This document shows, piece after piece, positions 1-9,545 of a DNA stretch of 64,000 nt. The notes below the pieces were generated by a model, which was not told the DNA's origin, did not search any database, and saw nothing but the letters and a program-made list of their open reading frames with translations. A program made the translations under genes and the position numbers. The stretch's first letter is position 1, and every line of letters starts with the position of its first letter. The stretch is from an uncultured Acidobacteriota bacterium (GTDB taxonomy: Bacteria; Acidobacteriota; Thermoanaerobaculia; Multivoradales; UBA5704), in assembly GCA_963700145.1 (NCBI GenBank), contig OY969474.1:3616001-3680000 (forward strand). The letters run 5' to 3'.

Positions 1-210
1 ATCGATCGCCTCGTCGAGATGGGTGTCCTGCCGCCCGATTTCGGCGCCCGCTTCCGCGGCATCGCCGGCTTCCGCAACGTCGTCGTCCACGGCTACCTGA
101 ACGTCGATGTCGCCCTCCTCCACCGCCTGCTCAACGAGCACCTCGACGACTTCGCGGAGTTCGCGCGGTGCGTGGGGTCGTACGTGGCGCAGCCAAGTGC
201 CGGTCTGTAG
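1..210 (+). CDS. HepT/DUF86-like HEPN ribonuclease toxin, 5'-truncated by window edge
   Basis: Frame open from base 1 (IDRLVEMGVLP...); HEPN Rx4H motif in GFRNVVVHGY followed by VD, typical of the DUF86 C-terminus. Confidence 0.8.
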   Translation: MDRLVEMGVLPPDFGARFRGIAGFRNVVVHGYLNVDVALLHRLLNEHLDDFAEFARCVGSYVAQPSAGL

Positions 211-261
211 GGCCACCAAGTTTCTGCCGCCCTTCGCGGTGACGAATCTACAATAGGGGTC

Positions 262-1893
262 GTGGCGAAGGGCGGCAGACGTGCCAGCGCGGACTCGGTG
301 CCACTGGGCCGAGCGAGAGAAATTCTCTCGTCTAAGAATCTCGACGCAGCTCTGCGAGTCTCCTGCGTTCTTTCCGCCTTCAACTGTTTTGCTCCCGAGC
401 CGTATTGTCTTCCAACCTATATCCACTACTCTGTAACCCGACTGCTGGTGCTGGCTCTTCTGACGAGTCGTGCTGGACACGAGACCCGAGGGATCTTCTT
501 CTTCGAAGACCTCGCCCCGCTACTCAACGACTGTAAGGAACACCTTCATGACCCCAACCTGATGGACCGTCTCGTGAGAGCAAATCGATCCACCAGAGCC
601 CGCTTGGAGTTTCACCGGTTCCTGGCTGTCCTCGGGAACGTCCAGATCGCCCATAGTGAGTCAGATATCAGGCTCTCGATGCCACGGATGGTTGCTCTAT
701 TCTCACGCCTTCCGAAAGAGGAGCGCGGGAAGATTCCGCCTGACCGCCTCGTCTTAGTCGACGCGATTCTTCCCGAAATTGTGACCAAGCTCGGAGCAAC
801 AGTTGAAAACCTAGGGCATCTGCACCGATTTCTCCTCGCCTACTACCAGGATTTTTTCGAGCGGCATTTGCTTCGGCACTTGACACCGCGGAGAGACCCG
901 GCGAATGCATTGGACCAAATTCGAGCGCTGTTTAGCGCTTCTCTCCATTTCTCAGATCAGGAACACCCACTAGAGATCAAGCTTAGTCGATTTGCGGATG
1001 GCATCCCTATTCGTGAATACCTGGTGCTCTTTGGGCGGACGGTAGAGGAGCTTAGGCTGATCGATAAGCAACCTGAGTACCAAGGCCACCCAAGCAGTCG
1101 GTTGGCAGCGCTGGATCGCTACCCGGTCGTCCGATCACCGCGAGAGTCATTTCTGGTGCCGGAGTTAACGGTGTTCGCAAAGTCGTTTCCTTTCGTTCTC
1201 GACTTCAGCTTGCTTGAGCTTCTGGATCGGCAGAAGTACGATGCGTTTCGCGGCGTAGTTCAGGAGTTGTATCTGAGGTGCCTCGCCGAGGATCGACTCC
1301 CTGAGTGTCTTGTTATACGGGAGAGAACGTACGGCAAGCCCGAGCGCGCGGGTCCGGATCTGGCGATTGGTGATGTGAGCGACCGGCAACTGATCCTTGT
1401 CGAATCGAAGGCACGGAGAATGAAGCCCGAAACCATCACTGGAATGACAGATGAAGCAATAGACGCGAACCTAACTGATGTCTATGCGGCGCTAGAAAGG
1501 GCACCGGCGAAGATCGAGCACCTCTATGCTGGACTTCCTGTCTATGGGGATGTCCAACGGTCGATCAATGTCACGAAAGGTAAGCAGCCGATCTGCGTGG
1601 TGGTTTTGAGCAACTCGGCACTTCTCCTCGCTGAGTTGGTGCGCCAGCGCATGAGGGACGTTGCATCACCTCTCCACGATTTTAGTCTGCCTTTCTGCAT
1701 TCTCTCTCTTGAGGCCTTCGAGAACGCGCTAGAGATCTCAAGGGCGGAGAGAATACCTCTTGGCGTACTCCTCATAGAGCACTGGGAGGCGGCCGAGAAG
1801 GGCGATCCAGGAACACCGATGGCCGACATGTGGGGCGGTAGACAACCACCAGCACTCTCTGAGCGGTTTGTCCATCGATATTACCCCGATTAG
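262..1893 (+). CDS. Low-GC hypothetical protein with C-terminal PD-(D/E)xK (NERD-like) nuclease motif
   Basis: 543 aa ORF with GC and codon usage clearly unlike the flanks; motif GPDLAIGD...LILVESKAR; start uncertain. Confidence 0.6.
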   Translation: MAKGGRRASADSVPLGRAREILSSKNLDAALRVSCVLSAFNCFAPEPYCLPTYIHYSVTRLLVLALLTSRAGHETRGIFFFEDLAPLLNDCKEHLHDPNLMDRLVRANRSTRARLEFHRFLAVLGNVQIAHSESDIRLSMPRMVALFSRLPKEERGKIPPDRLVLVDAILPEIVTKLGATVENLGHLHRFLLAYYQDFFERHLLRHLTPRRDPANALDQIRALFSASLHFSDQEHPLEIKLSRFADGIPIREYLVLFGRTVEELRLIDKQPEYQGHPSSRLAALDRYPVVRSPRESFLVPELTVFAKSFPFVLDFSLLELLDRQKYDAFRGVVQELYLRCLAEDRLPECLVIRERTYGKPERAGPDLAIGDVSDRQLILVESKARRMKPETITGMTDEAIDANLTDVYAALERAPAKIEHLYAGLPVYGDVQRSINVTKGKQPICVVVLSNSALLLAELVRQRMRDVASPLHDFSLPFCILSLEAFENALEISRAERIPLGVLLIEHWEAAEKGDPGTPMADMWGGRQPPALSERFVHRYYPD

Positions 1894-1928
1894 AGACCTT
1901 CGCCGGTCCGCTTGGTGACGGGTCCGGC

Positions 1929-1957
1929 GGGGCGCCCGCGATCGCCGCGGGCGCCCC
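1929..1957. terminator. GC-rich hairpin between convergent genes (possible terminator)
   Basis: ggggcgcccgcg-atcgc-cgcgggcgcccc, 12-bp perfect stem; no U-tract. Confidence 0.35.
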
Positions 1958-2002
1958 CAGCAGGAGGGCCGAGAGGAGGAGGGCCATGGCGGCCGCCTCA
2001 GC

Positions 2003-2911
2003 TCACAAGCTCGGCTTGTAGACCGCCACGATGTCCTGCATGCGGGTGTCCTGGCCGCCGGAGAACTCGAACATGCAGGGGTCGTCGGTGTAGTCCATGA
2101 AGTTGGTGATCGGATCGAGGCCGGCGGACGGGCAGGTGTCGCGGCCCACCGGGCAGCCGGAGGCCGGGCTCGCTTCGGCCGGCGTGTCGGCGACCAGGTC
2201 GCCCGGCTCGTTGCAGCCGCCGTCGAAGGTGTGGAGCAGCCCCAGGTAGTGGCCCACCTCGTGGGTGCCGGTGTCGCCCTCGTTGTACGGCACGGCACTG
2301 CCGCCCGGCAGGGTCGAGTAGAGGACGACGACGCCGTGCATGAAGCTGTCCTCGGGGAAGGACTGCGGCAGGTAGGCGAAGCCGAGGATGCCGCCCTTCG
2401 GCGCGCAGAGGTAGAAGTTGAGGGTGTGCGCCGGATCGACCGCCAACGCCCGCTTGATGTTGCGCTCGGCGCCGTAGCAGGAGCCGAACCAGGCGTTGTT
2501 GGCCACCCGGTTGACGACCGCCTTGGTGAAGGAGAAGCCGGCGGCGGCGAAGGCGTCGTTCATGACGTCGATCTGGGCGTCGAGCTGCTCCTCGGGGACG
2601 TTGCCGGTCTGCGTGCCGTCGCGCTCGGTGCGGTAGATGACGTGGAAGGCGACGGGCACATTCGTGCCGCGGCTCGGGCGCGCCTCGCCGAAGATGGCGC
2701 GGTACTGGCCGAGCGTGTGCTCGACGGCCGCGTTCTCGGCGGGGGTCGGGGTCGGGGTGGCGCAGCGGACGCCGCGCTGGATGGTGCCGTGCGGGCTCAG
2801 GAAGTGGATGTCCTGCGCGGGGAGCTGGCGGCGGCGCGGGAGCTCGTCGGCCGCGGCGGGCGCGGCGAGGACGAGCGCCAGCGCGATCGACACGAGAGCG
2901 CGATGGGCCAT
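2003..2911 (-). CDS. Secreted zinc metalloprotease, family M43 (ulilysin/pappalysin-like)
   Basis: Signal peptide MAHRALVSIALALVLAAPAAA; cysteine-switch-like RCAT; HEVGHYLGLLHTF zinc motif; Met-turn NFMDYTDD. Confidence 0.9.
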   Translation of the reverse strand: MAHRALVSIALALVLAAPAAADELPRRRQLPAQDIHFLSPHGTIQRGVRCATPTPTPAENAAVEHTLGQYRAIFGEARPSRGTNVPVAFHVIYRTERDGTQTGNVPEEQLDAQIDVMNDAFAAAGFSFTKAVVNRVANNAWFGSCYGAERNIKRALAVDPAHTLNFYLCAPKGGILGFAYLPQSFPEDSFMHGVVVLYSTLPGGSAVPYNEGDTGTHEVGHYLGLLHTFDGGCNEPGDLVADTPAEASPASGCPVGRDTCPSAGLDPITNFMDYTDDPCMFEFSGGQDTRMQDIVAVYKPSL

Positions 2912-2982
2912 GAGCAGTCTCTCCTCTCTGAAAGGGTGGGGTGCGGCGAGGATCCTACCCCCAACCGGGGGGTTGACGGCTA

Positions 2983-3023
2983 GATGCGACATCTGTAGCA
3001 TCCGTGATGCGACAAATGTAGCA
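2983..3023. promoter_or_regulatory. Tandem BlaI/MecI/CopY-type operators
   Basis: tgcGACAtcTGTAgca (2985-3000) and tgcGACAaaTGTAgca (3008-3023), each one mismatch from the TACAnnTGTA consensus, directly upstream of the blaI-like gene. Confidence 0.8.
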
Positions 3024-3044
3024 CCGAGCCTTGGAGGCCGCCGC

Positions 3045-3443
3045 ATGCCGCGATCGATCCAGCAGGAGCTGAGTCGCCGGGAGCGCCAGATCATGGACCT
3101 GCTCTTCGAGCTGGGCGACGCCCCGGCCGAGGAGGTGCGCCGGCGGCTGCCGGAGCCGCCGAGCTCCTCGGCGGTGCGGGTGATGCTGGCGCGGCTGGAG
3201 AAGAAGGGGTTCGTGCGCCACCGCGAGGAGGGGCAGCGCTTCCTCTACGCGCCGGCGGTCTCCAAGACGCGGGAGCGCCGCTCGGCGCTGTCGCGGCTGG
3301 TGCGCACGTTCTTCGACGGCTCGACTTCCCAGGCGCTCACCGCTCTCCTCGACGTCGCCGAGGACCTCTCCGACGAGGAGCTGGCGCGGCTGACGGCGGC
3401 CATCCACGAAGTCGACGCGAAACGGAAGGAGGAGGAGTCATGA
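3045..3443 (+). CDS. BlaI/MecI/CopY family transcriptional repressor
   Basis: LSRRERQIMDLLF...VRVMLARLEKKGFV...FLYAPAVS...LVRTFFDGS; RBS ggagg upstream. Confidence 0.92.
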   Translation: MPRSIQQELSRRERQIMDLLFELGDAPAEEVRRRLPEPPSSSAVRVMLARLEKKGFVRHREEGQRFLYAPAVSKTRERRSALSRLVRTFFDGSTSQALTALLDVAEDLSDEELARLTAAIHEVDAKRKEEES

Positions 3444-5128
3444 CGCCGGAGACTCTCACGGTCGATTTCGCCGCCATCGCCCTGGACGCCGCGGGGAAGG
3501 GCGCGCTGCTCGCGCTCGCCACTCTGCTGGCGCTCGGCGCGCTGCGCCGGGCCTCGGCGGCCAGCCGCCACCTGCTGCTCGCGCTCACCGCTGTGGCGCT
3601 GGTCCTGCTGCCCGCGCTCGCCTGGCTGCTGCCGGCGCGCGAGCTGCCGCTGCTGCCGGCGCCGGCCGCCGGCGCGGCGGCGGCCCCGCTCCCCGCTACC
3701 GGCGTTGCGCACGTCGCGATCGCGCCCGACACCGGCCTGCCGGCGGAGGCGGCGCGGTCCTGGCCGGCCGCCGCGAACGAGGCGGAGGCCTGGCGCGGCG
3801 CGCCGGTCGACTGGCGCGCGGCCGTGCTCGCGATCGGCCTCTTCTCGCTCGCCGTCTCGGCCCTCCTCTTGCTCCGCCTGGCGGTGGCGGTGCGGCGGCT
3901 CGCCGGGCTGCGCGCCGGCGCCGAGGCGGCGCCCGCGGCCTGGCAGGAGCTCTTCGCCGACTGCCGGCGGCGCCTCGGCGTGACGCAGGAGGTCGGCCTC
4001 GCCGTCTCGCCGGCGGTCGCGGTGCCCGTGACCTTCGGCCTGCGGCGGCCGCTGGTGCTGCTGCCCGAGAGCGCGAGCGCCTGGGAGGTGCCGTCGCTGC
4101 GCGAGGCGCTGCTCCACGAGCTGGCGCACGTCAAGCGGCGCGACTGGCCGGTGCAGCTCCTGGCGCGGGTCGCCTGTGTCCTCCACTGGTTCGACCCGCT
4201 GGCCTGGGCGCTCGAGCGCCGGCTCCTGCTCGAGGCCGAGCGGGCCTGCGACGACCAGGTGCTCGGCGCCGGCGCGGCGGCGACCGCCTACGCCGGGCGG
4301 CTGGTGACGCTGGCGCGGCAGACCCGGCGGCCCCGCTACGGCGACGCCGCGGCCGCCGTCGCCTTCGCCCGCCCGGCCGGGCTCGCCACGCGGGTGACGG
4401 CGATCCTGGACTCCGGCGTCAGCCGCTGCGCGCCCCGCCGCGCCGCCGTGGCGGCGGCCGTGACGGCGGCGGCGTTCGTTCTGCTCGCCGTGGCGCCGGC
4501 CCGCGTGGTGCGGGCCGAAGGAGCGCCCGAGCGGCCCCACCGGGAAACCGAGCGCGACCGCCACGACGAGAACGACGACTCCTGGCTCGACGCGATCGAG
4601 GACGGGATCCGGGACGGCCGGCGCGAGGCCCTGCTGGAGGCCGCGGCGGACGGTGAGGCCGACGCCGTGCGGTTCCTCCTCGACTGCGGCGCCGATCCCG
4701 ACGGCTTCGTCCCCGGCGACGGCACGCCGCTCCTGGTGGCCGCCGCGGAAGGGCACGAGGAGGTGGTCCAGGTCCTGCTCGCGGCGGGCGCCGATCCGAA
4801 CCTCCCGGCGCCCGGCGACGGCAGCGCCTTGATCGCCGCGGCGCACGAGGGGCAACTCGAGGTCGCGCGCCTGCTGCTCGCGGCCGGCGCGGAGGTGGAC
4901 CTCGTCGTCGACGGCGACGAGAACCCGCTGATCCAGGCGGCGTGGGAGGGCGAGCTGGAGATGGTGCGCCTGCTCCTCGACGCCGGCGCCGACCCCAACG
5001 TCCGCGTCGTCGTCAACCGCACCGACTACGACTCCGACGGCGAGGTGCGCACGCCGCTGCGCATGGCCCACCGCGGCGGCCACGAGGCGGTCGAGCGGCT
5101 GCTCCGCGAGCGCGGGGCCAGGTACTGA
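3440..5128 (+). CDS. BlaR1/M56 family membrane metallopeptidase with C-terminal ankyrin repeats
   Basis: TM helices, HELAHVKRRD, WFDPLAW, ERACDD; about four ankyrin repeats (GTPLLVAAAEGHEEVVQVLLAAGADPN etc.); ATGA overlap with blaI. Confidence 0.9.
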   Translation: MTPETLTVDFAAIALDAAGKGALLALATLLALGALRRASAASRHLLLALTAVALVLLPALAWLLPARELPLLPAPAAGAAAAPLPATGVAHVAIAPDTGLPAEAARSWPAAANEAEAWRGAPVDWRAAVLAIGLFSLAVSALLLLRLAVAVRRLAGLRAGAEAAPAAWQELFADCRRRLGVTQEVGLAVSPAVAVPVTFGLRRPLVLLPESASAWEVPSLREALLHELAHVKRRDWPVQLLARVACVLHWFDPLAWALERRLLLEAERACDDQVLGAGAAATAYAGRLVTLARQTRRPRYGDAAAAVAFARPAGLATRVTAILDSGVSRCAPRRAAVAAAVTAAAFVLLAVAPARVVRAEGAPERPHRETERDRHDENDDSWLDAIEDGIRDGRREALLEAAADGEADAVRFLLDCGADPDGFVPGDGTPLLVAAAEGHEEVVQVLLAAGADPNLPAPGDGSALIAAAHEGQLEVARLLLAAGAEVDLVVDGDENPLIQAAWEGELEMVRLLLDAGADPNVRVVVNRTDYDSDGEVRTPLRMAHRGGHEAVERLLRERGARY

Positions 5129-5133
5129 CCGCC

Positions 5134-7383
5134 GTGGCGCGGCGCTCCCGCTGGTGGGCGCTCGCCGCCCTCCTCGCCCTCGTTCCGCCCGCGGCGGGCG
5201 CGCAGACGGCGCCGGCCCCCGCGCCCGCCGTCCAGCAGACGCGCTTGGAGGTCGTCCGCACCGACGCGCCGGTGCGGATCGACGGCGTCCTCGACGAGCC
5301 GGCGTGGGCGGCGGCGACCGCCATCCCGCTGCCTTACGAATGGTTCCCCGGCGACAACACGCCGGCGCCGGTCGAGACGACGGTCCTCGTCACCTACGAC
5401 GCCGAGCGCCTCCTCGTCGCCTTCCGCGCCGCCGATCCGAAGCCGGCGGAGATCCGCGCCCGCTTCGCCGAGCGCGACGCCGCCCTCGAGGACGACCGCG
5501 TGGGCTTCATGATCGATCCGTTCCATGACGGCCGCCGCGCCTTCCAGTTCCAGATCAACCCGCTGGGCGTGCAGCTCGACGCCGTCAACTCCGACGTCGA
5601 GGACACCGAGGACTTCTCCTGGGACGCCATCTGGGAGTCGGCCGGCCGGATCGGCGGCGACGGCTACACGGTCGAGGCAGCGGTCCCCTTCCGCCAGCTC
5701 CGCTTCCCCGGCGCCGGCGCGCCGCAGAGCTGGGGCTTCCTCGCCTTCCGCGAGTGGCCGCGCTCGCTGCAGCACCGGCTGCGCTCGATCGTCACCGACC
5801 AGGACCGCGACTGCCTGGTCTGCCAGTTCCAGGAGCTGGCGGGCTTCACCGGCCAGGAGACCGGCCGCAACCTGGAGCTGACGCCGACCCTCACCGGCAG
5901 GCTCACCGAGGAGCGCGCGGACTTCCCCGACGGCCCCTTCGAGACCGCCGACGAGGAGCTGGAGCCGGGGCTCTCGGTGCGCTGGGGCGTCACTCCGAAC
6001 GTCTCGCTCAACGCCACGCTCAACCCGGACTTCTCGCAGGTCGAGGCCGACGCCGCGCAGCTCGACGTCAACGAGCGCTTCGCCCTCTTCTTCCCCGAGA
6101 AGCGCCCGTTCTTCCTCGAAGGCGCCGACCTCTTCGAGACGCAGCTCCCGCTGGTCTTCAGCCGCACCGTGGCGGACCCGGTGGCCGGTCTCAAGGTCTC
6201 CGGCAAGGAGGGCGCCCACGCCTTCGGCCTCTCGCTGGCGCGCGACCGGATCAACAACCTGATCCTGCCGGGCAGCCTGTCCTCGAGCCTCGCCACGCTC
6301 GACGAGGAGGTGACGAGCGGCGTCCTGCGCTACCGCCGCGACCTCGGCGAGACCTCGGCCGTCGGCGTGCTCTGGACCGGGCGGGAGGGGGCCGACTACG
6401 GCAGCCACGCGGCCGGCGTGGACGGCCTCTATCGCTTCACCGACAGCGACTCGGTGCGCTACCAATTCGCCGGCTCGACCACCCGCTACCCGGACGCCTT
6501 CGCCGCCGAGCAGGGGCAACCGGGCGGCGGCTTCGACGGCCACGCCCTGGCGCTCTCGTATATCCACGCCGACCGCGACTGGACCTGGAACGCCCGCTAC
6601 AACGAGCTCCACCCCGGCTTCCGCGCCGACAGCGGCTTCGTGCCGCGGGTCGGCGTGCGCAGCGGCTCGGCGGGAGCGGAGCGACGCATCCGCGGCGTCG
6701 AGGGAGGGTGGTTCTCGAACCTCTATCTCTTCCTGGGGGTCGACGGCACGCGGGAGTACGACGGCGCCTGGAACGAATGGGGCTCCGACCTGGTGTTCGT
6801 CTACGAGGGCCCGCGGCAGAGCGTGCTGGAGGCGGCGATCGCGCCCAACCAGGAGCACTTCGAGGGCGTGACCTACCACAACACCCGCTACAGCGTCGGC
6901 GCCTCGATCCAGCCGACCCGCGACTCGGAGCTGGAGCTGGAGGTGCGTTGGGGCGAGGCGATCGACTTCACCAACAGCCGCCAGGGCGAGTTCGTCCTCT
7001 TCGCGCCCGCCGTCGAGCTGCGGCTGGGGCGGCGCTTCCAGGGGGAGGTGAGCTGGACCCACCAGAGCTTCGACGTCGCCGGCGGGCGGCTCTTCGACGT
7101 CGACCTGGCGCAGACCCGCCTGCTCTACCACTTCGGCCGCCGCACCTACCTGCGCGCCATCCTGCAGTACGAGTGGCTGGACCGGGAGCCGGCGCTCTAC
7201 ACCGTGCCGGTCGACCGCAAGACCGAGGACCTGCTGACGCAGCTCCTCTTCTCCTACCGCCTCGACGCGCAGACGGTCCTGCTGGTGGGCTACTCCGACA
7301 GCCACCTGGGGATCGACGCGATCGACCTCACCCAGACCGACCGCACGGTGTTCCTGAAGCTCGGCTACGCCTGGCTGCTCTGA
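5134..7383 (+). CDS. CBM9/DUF5916 outer-membrane protein
   Basis: Signal peptide; IDGVLDEPAW CBM9 start; ATLNPDFSQVEAD and FPEKRPFFLEG motifs; C-terminal beta-strand FLKLGYAWLL. Confidence 0.85.
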   Translation: MARRSRWWALAALLALVPPAAGAQTAPAPAPAVQQTRLEVVRTDAPVRIDGVLDEPAWAAATAIPLPYEWFPGDNTPAPVETTVLVTYDAERLLVAFRAADPKPAEIRARFAERDAALEDDRVGFMIDPFHDGRRAFQFQINPLGVQLDAVNSDVEDTEDFSWDAIWESAGRIGGDGYTVEAAVPFRQLRFPGAGAPQSWGFLAFREWPRSLQHRLRSIVTDQDRDCLVCQFQELAGFTGQETGRNLELTPTLTGRLTEERADFPDGPFETADEELEPGLSVRWGVTPNVSLNATLNPDFSQVEADAAQLDVNERFALFFPEKRPFFLEGADLFETQLPLVFSRTVADPVAGLKVSGKEGAHAFGLSLARDRINNLILPGSLSSSLATLDEEVTSGVLRYRRDLGETSAVGVLWTGREGADYGSHAAGVDGLYRFTDSDSVRYQFAGSTTRYPDAFAAEQGQPGGGFDGHALALSYIHADRDWTWNARYNELHPGFRADSGFVPRVGVRSGSAGAERRIRGVEGGWFSNLYLFLGVDGTREYDGAWNEWGSDLVFVYEGPRQSVLEAAIAPNQEHFEGVTYHNTRYSVGASIQPTRDSELELEVRWGEAIDFTNSRQGEFVLFAPAVELRLGRRFQGEVSWTHQSFDVAGGRLFDVDLAQTRLLYHFGRRTYLRAILQYEWLDREPALYTVPVDRKTEDLLTQLLFSYRLDAQTVLLVGYSDSHLGIDAIDLTQTDRTVFLKLGYAWLL

Positions 7384-7424
7384 GGATCGGGCGCGGGGCT
7401 ACGGCTCTGCGGCCGCCGGCGCGC

Positions 7425-9545
7425 TCAGCGCGGCCGCGCCAGGAGCGACCAGACCTCCGCGAAGACCGGGTGGAGGTCGGCGGCGAGACCGAGCTCCAGC
7501 CGCTCGCAGGCGGAGCGGAAGGGGTCGGCGTCCGCCGCCGGCGGCGGCGGCCAGGCGACGTCGAGACGGTTGAGCCCCGGCCGCAGGCTCGCCGCCGGCA
7601 GGCGCAGCGTCCCGCGGGTCCAGGTCTCGCCCATCGGGAGGGCGCCGGCGGGCCGGCCGTTGACCGTGACGGCCGCGGGCGTGGCCGGGCCCGGGCGGCG
7701 CGCCGTCAGCTCCAGCTCCACGTCCTGCCGGCCGTCGCCGACGAGGCAGAACGATGACACCGGCCACGGCGCGCGGTAGGTCGCCCGGCGGTCGAGGTCG
7801 TCGTAGTCCATGACGTCGGGGAAGAAGCGCTCGAGCGGCTCCCAGAGGTAGAAGGGGTCGGCGAGGTCCGTTCCCTCCGCGCGCGGGGCGTGGTGCGCGA
7901 GGAGGAGCCGCGTCGCGAGCGCCCGCGCCGGCGTGCCGCGGCGCTCTAGCACCGCGACGGCCGCCGCGAGGAGGTCGGCGTCGAGGTGGTCCCAGCGCCA
8001 GCCGTGCTGGAGGGTAAGCCGGCAGGAGGAGGCGAGGTTGCGCCGCTGCGCCGGCGTCAGGACCGCCGGACAGGGAGCGCAGCGCGCCTCCAGCAGGTCG
8101 AGCAGCGCCACCTCGGCCCCCGGCGAGGCGTCCAGCGCCGCGTCCAGCCAGTGCTCCAGGATCGGCCCCTTGGCGCCGGCCGCGAGCAGGCGGTGGGCGG
8201 AGTGGATGGCGGCGCCGAGCATCGCGGCGGCGTCCGCCGCGGGCGCGACGGCGGGGGCCGGCAGGCGCGCGAGGAGCGACGGCCACTCCTCGTCGGTCGC
8301 CGCCATGCCCGAGAGGCGCAGCACCTCGGCGGCGGCCGCGGCCATCGCCACCTGCATCCCTTCGCGCGTCAGGTGGCAGTAGTCGAGGAAGAGGCGGCGC
8401 CCCGGCAGCGCCCCGTCGAGGTGGCGGGCGAAGACCTCGCGCAGGTCCACGCAGGCGAAGCCGTGCCGCGCGGCGAGCTCGCGCAGCAGCTCGCGCGCCG
8501 CGGTCGTGGCCTGCGGCGCGCCGAGGAACGCCATCGTCGCGTAGTGGGCGGCGTCCACCTCGGCCAGCAGGTCGGCGCGCGCCTCCGCGGCGGCGCCGAG
8601 CGCCGCCCGCGCCCGGCCGCGCAGCCGCCAGGAGGTTGGGCAGGCGCCGCCGTCGAGCGCGAGGAGACCTTCGGCCGCGTCGGCGGCCGCCGCAGGCTCG
8701 CCGCGCGCCAGGTGCGCGCCCGCCCGCCGGTAGAGGTCGTACCAGGCGGCCACGCCGTCGCCGGGGAGGTGGGTCACGGGCTGGCGCGTCTCCCAGTCCG
8801 CGAGGTTGACCTCCGGCACCACGACGACGACCGGGATGCCCACGGCGCGGGCGATCGTCGCGATCAGCTCGAAGGCCGCCTCGGCGGCGCGGCGCACCCC
8901 TTCCCGCGCCAGGTGGACCGGGCCGCCGAGCCCTTCGCCGCGTAGGCGCTCGGCGTAGCGCAGCCGGGCACGCACGGAGGGGGCGTATTGCGAGACCTCC
9001 GGGGTCTCGAGCAGGTTCCAGTTGTTGCCGGTGAAGAGCACGAGGACGTCGGGGTTGATCTGCAGCGCCGCCCGCACGGTGGCGGCGAGGCTGGGGAGCG
9101 TCTCGTCGGTGCGGGCGAGATCGACGACCTCGACGTCCGCGCTGCCGAGCGCCGCCCGGAGCTGCCCTTCGAGCACCTGCGCGGGGGTCAGGTGCGGGGC
9201 GTAGAGGTAGCCGGCGGCGACCGACTCGCCGAAGAGGCAGACGCGCAGCGGCAGCTCCGCCGTCTTCGGCCGCAGCACCTTGCGCGCCGCGTGGTGGTCG
9301 CCGAGCGGGTGAGGGTCGGGGCGGACGAAGAGCCGCCCGCGCTCGTCCTCCGCCGGCTGCCAGACGGCGATCGGCTCCGGCAGGCGCCGCCCCGGCGCCG
9401 GCGCTGCGCCCGGCGCTCCGGCGCTGGGGCCGGCACGGAAATCGTCGAGCCCGCCCGCGGCCTGGAGCCGCCGCGCCGCGCGCAGCCCCGCCGGTGTCGC
9501 CAGCCAGGCGGCGAGCCGGGCACTGAGCTCCTTGCCGCGGCTCAT
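7425..9545 (-). CDS. Large SGNH/GDSL-like hydrolase/acyltransferase with helical (TPR-like) insertion
   Basis: RVCLFGESVAAG (block I), LFTGNNW (block III), LFLDYCHLT (block V DxxH); overlaps the carbamoyltransferase stop. Confidence 0.6.
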   Translation of the reverse strand: MSRGKELSARLAAWLATPAGLRAARRLQAAGGLDDFRAGPSAGAPGAAPAPGRRLPEPIAVWQPAEDERGRLFVRPDPHPLGDHHAARKVLRPKTAELPLRVCLFGESVAAGYLYAPHLTPAQVLEGQLRAALGSADVEVVDLARTDETLPSLAATVRAALQINPDVLVLFTGNNWNLLETPEVSQYAPSVRARLRYAERLRGEGLGGPVHLAREGVRRAAEAAFELIATIARAVGIPVVVVVPEVNLADWETRQPVTHLPGDGVAAWYDLYRRAGAHLARGEPAAAADAAEGLLALDGGACPTSWRLRGRARAALGAAAEARADLLAEVDAAHYATMAFLGAPQATTAARELLRELAARHGFACVDLREVFARHLDGALPGRRLFLDYCHLTREGMQVAMAAAAAEVLRLSGMAATDEEWPSLLARLPAPAVAPAADAAAMLGAAIHSAHRLLAAGAKGPILEHWLDAALDASPGAEVALLDLLEARCAPCPAVLTPAQRRNLASSCRLTLQHGWRWDHLDADLLAAAVAVLERRGTPARALATRLLLAHHAPRAEGTDLADPFYLWEPLERFFPDVMDYDDLDRRATYRAPWPVSSFCLVGDGRQDVELELTARRPGPATPAAVTVNGRPAGALPMGETWTRGTLRLPAASLRPGLNRLDVAWPPPPAADADPFRSACERLELGLAADLHPVFAEVWSLLARPR

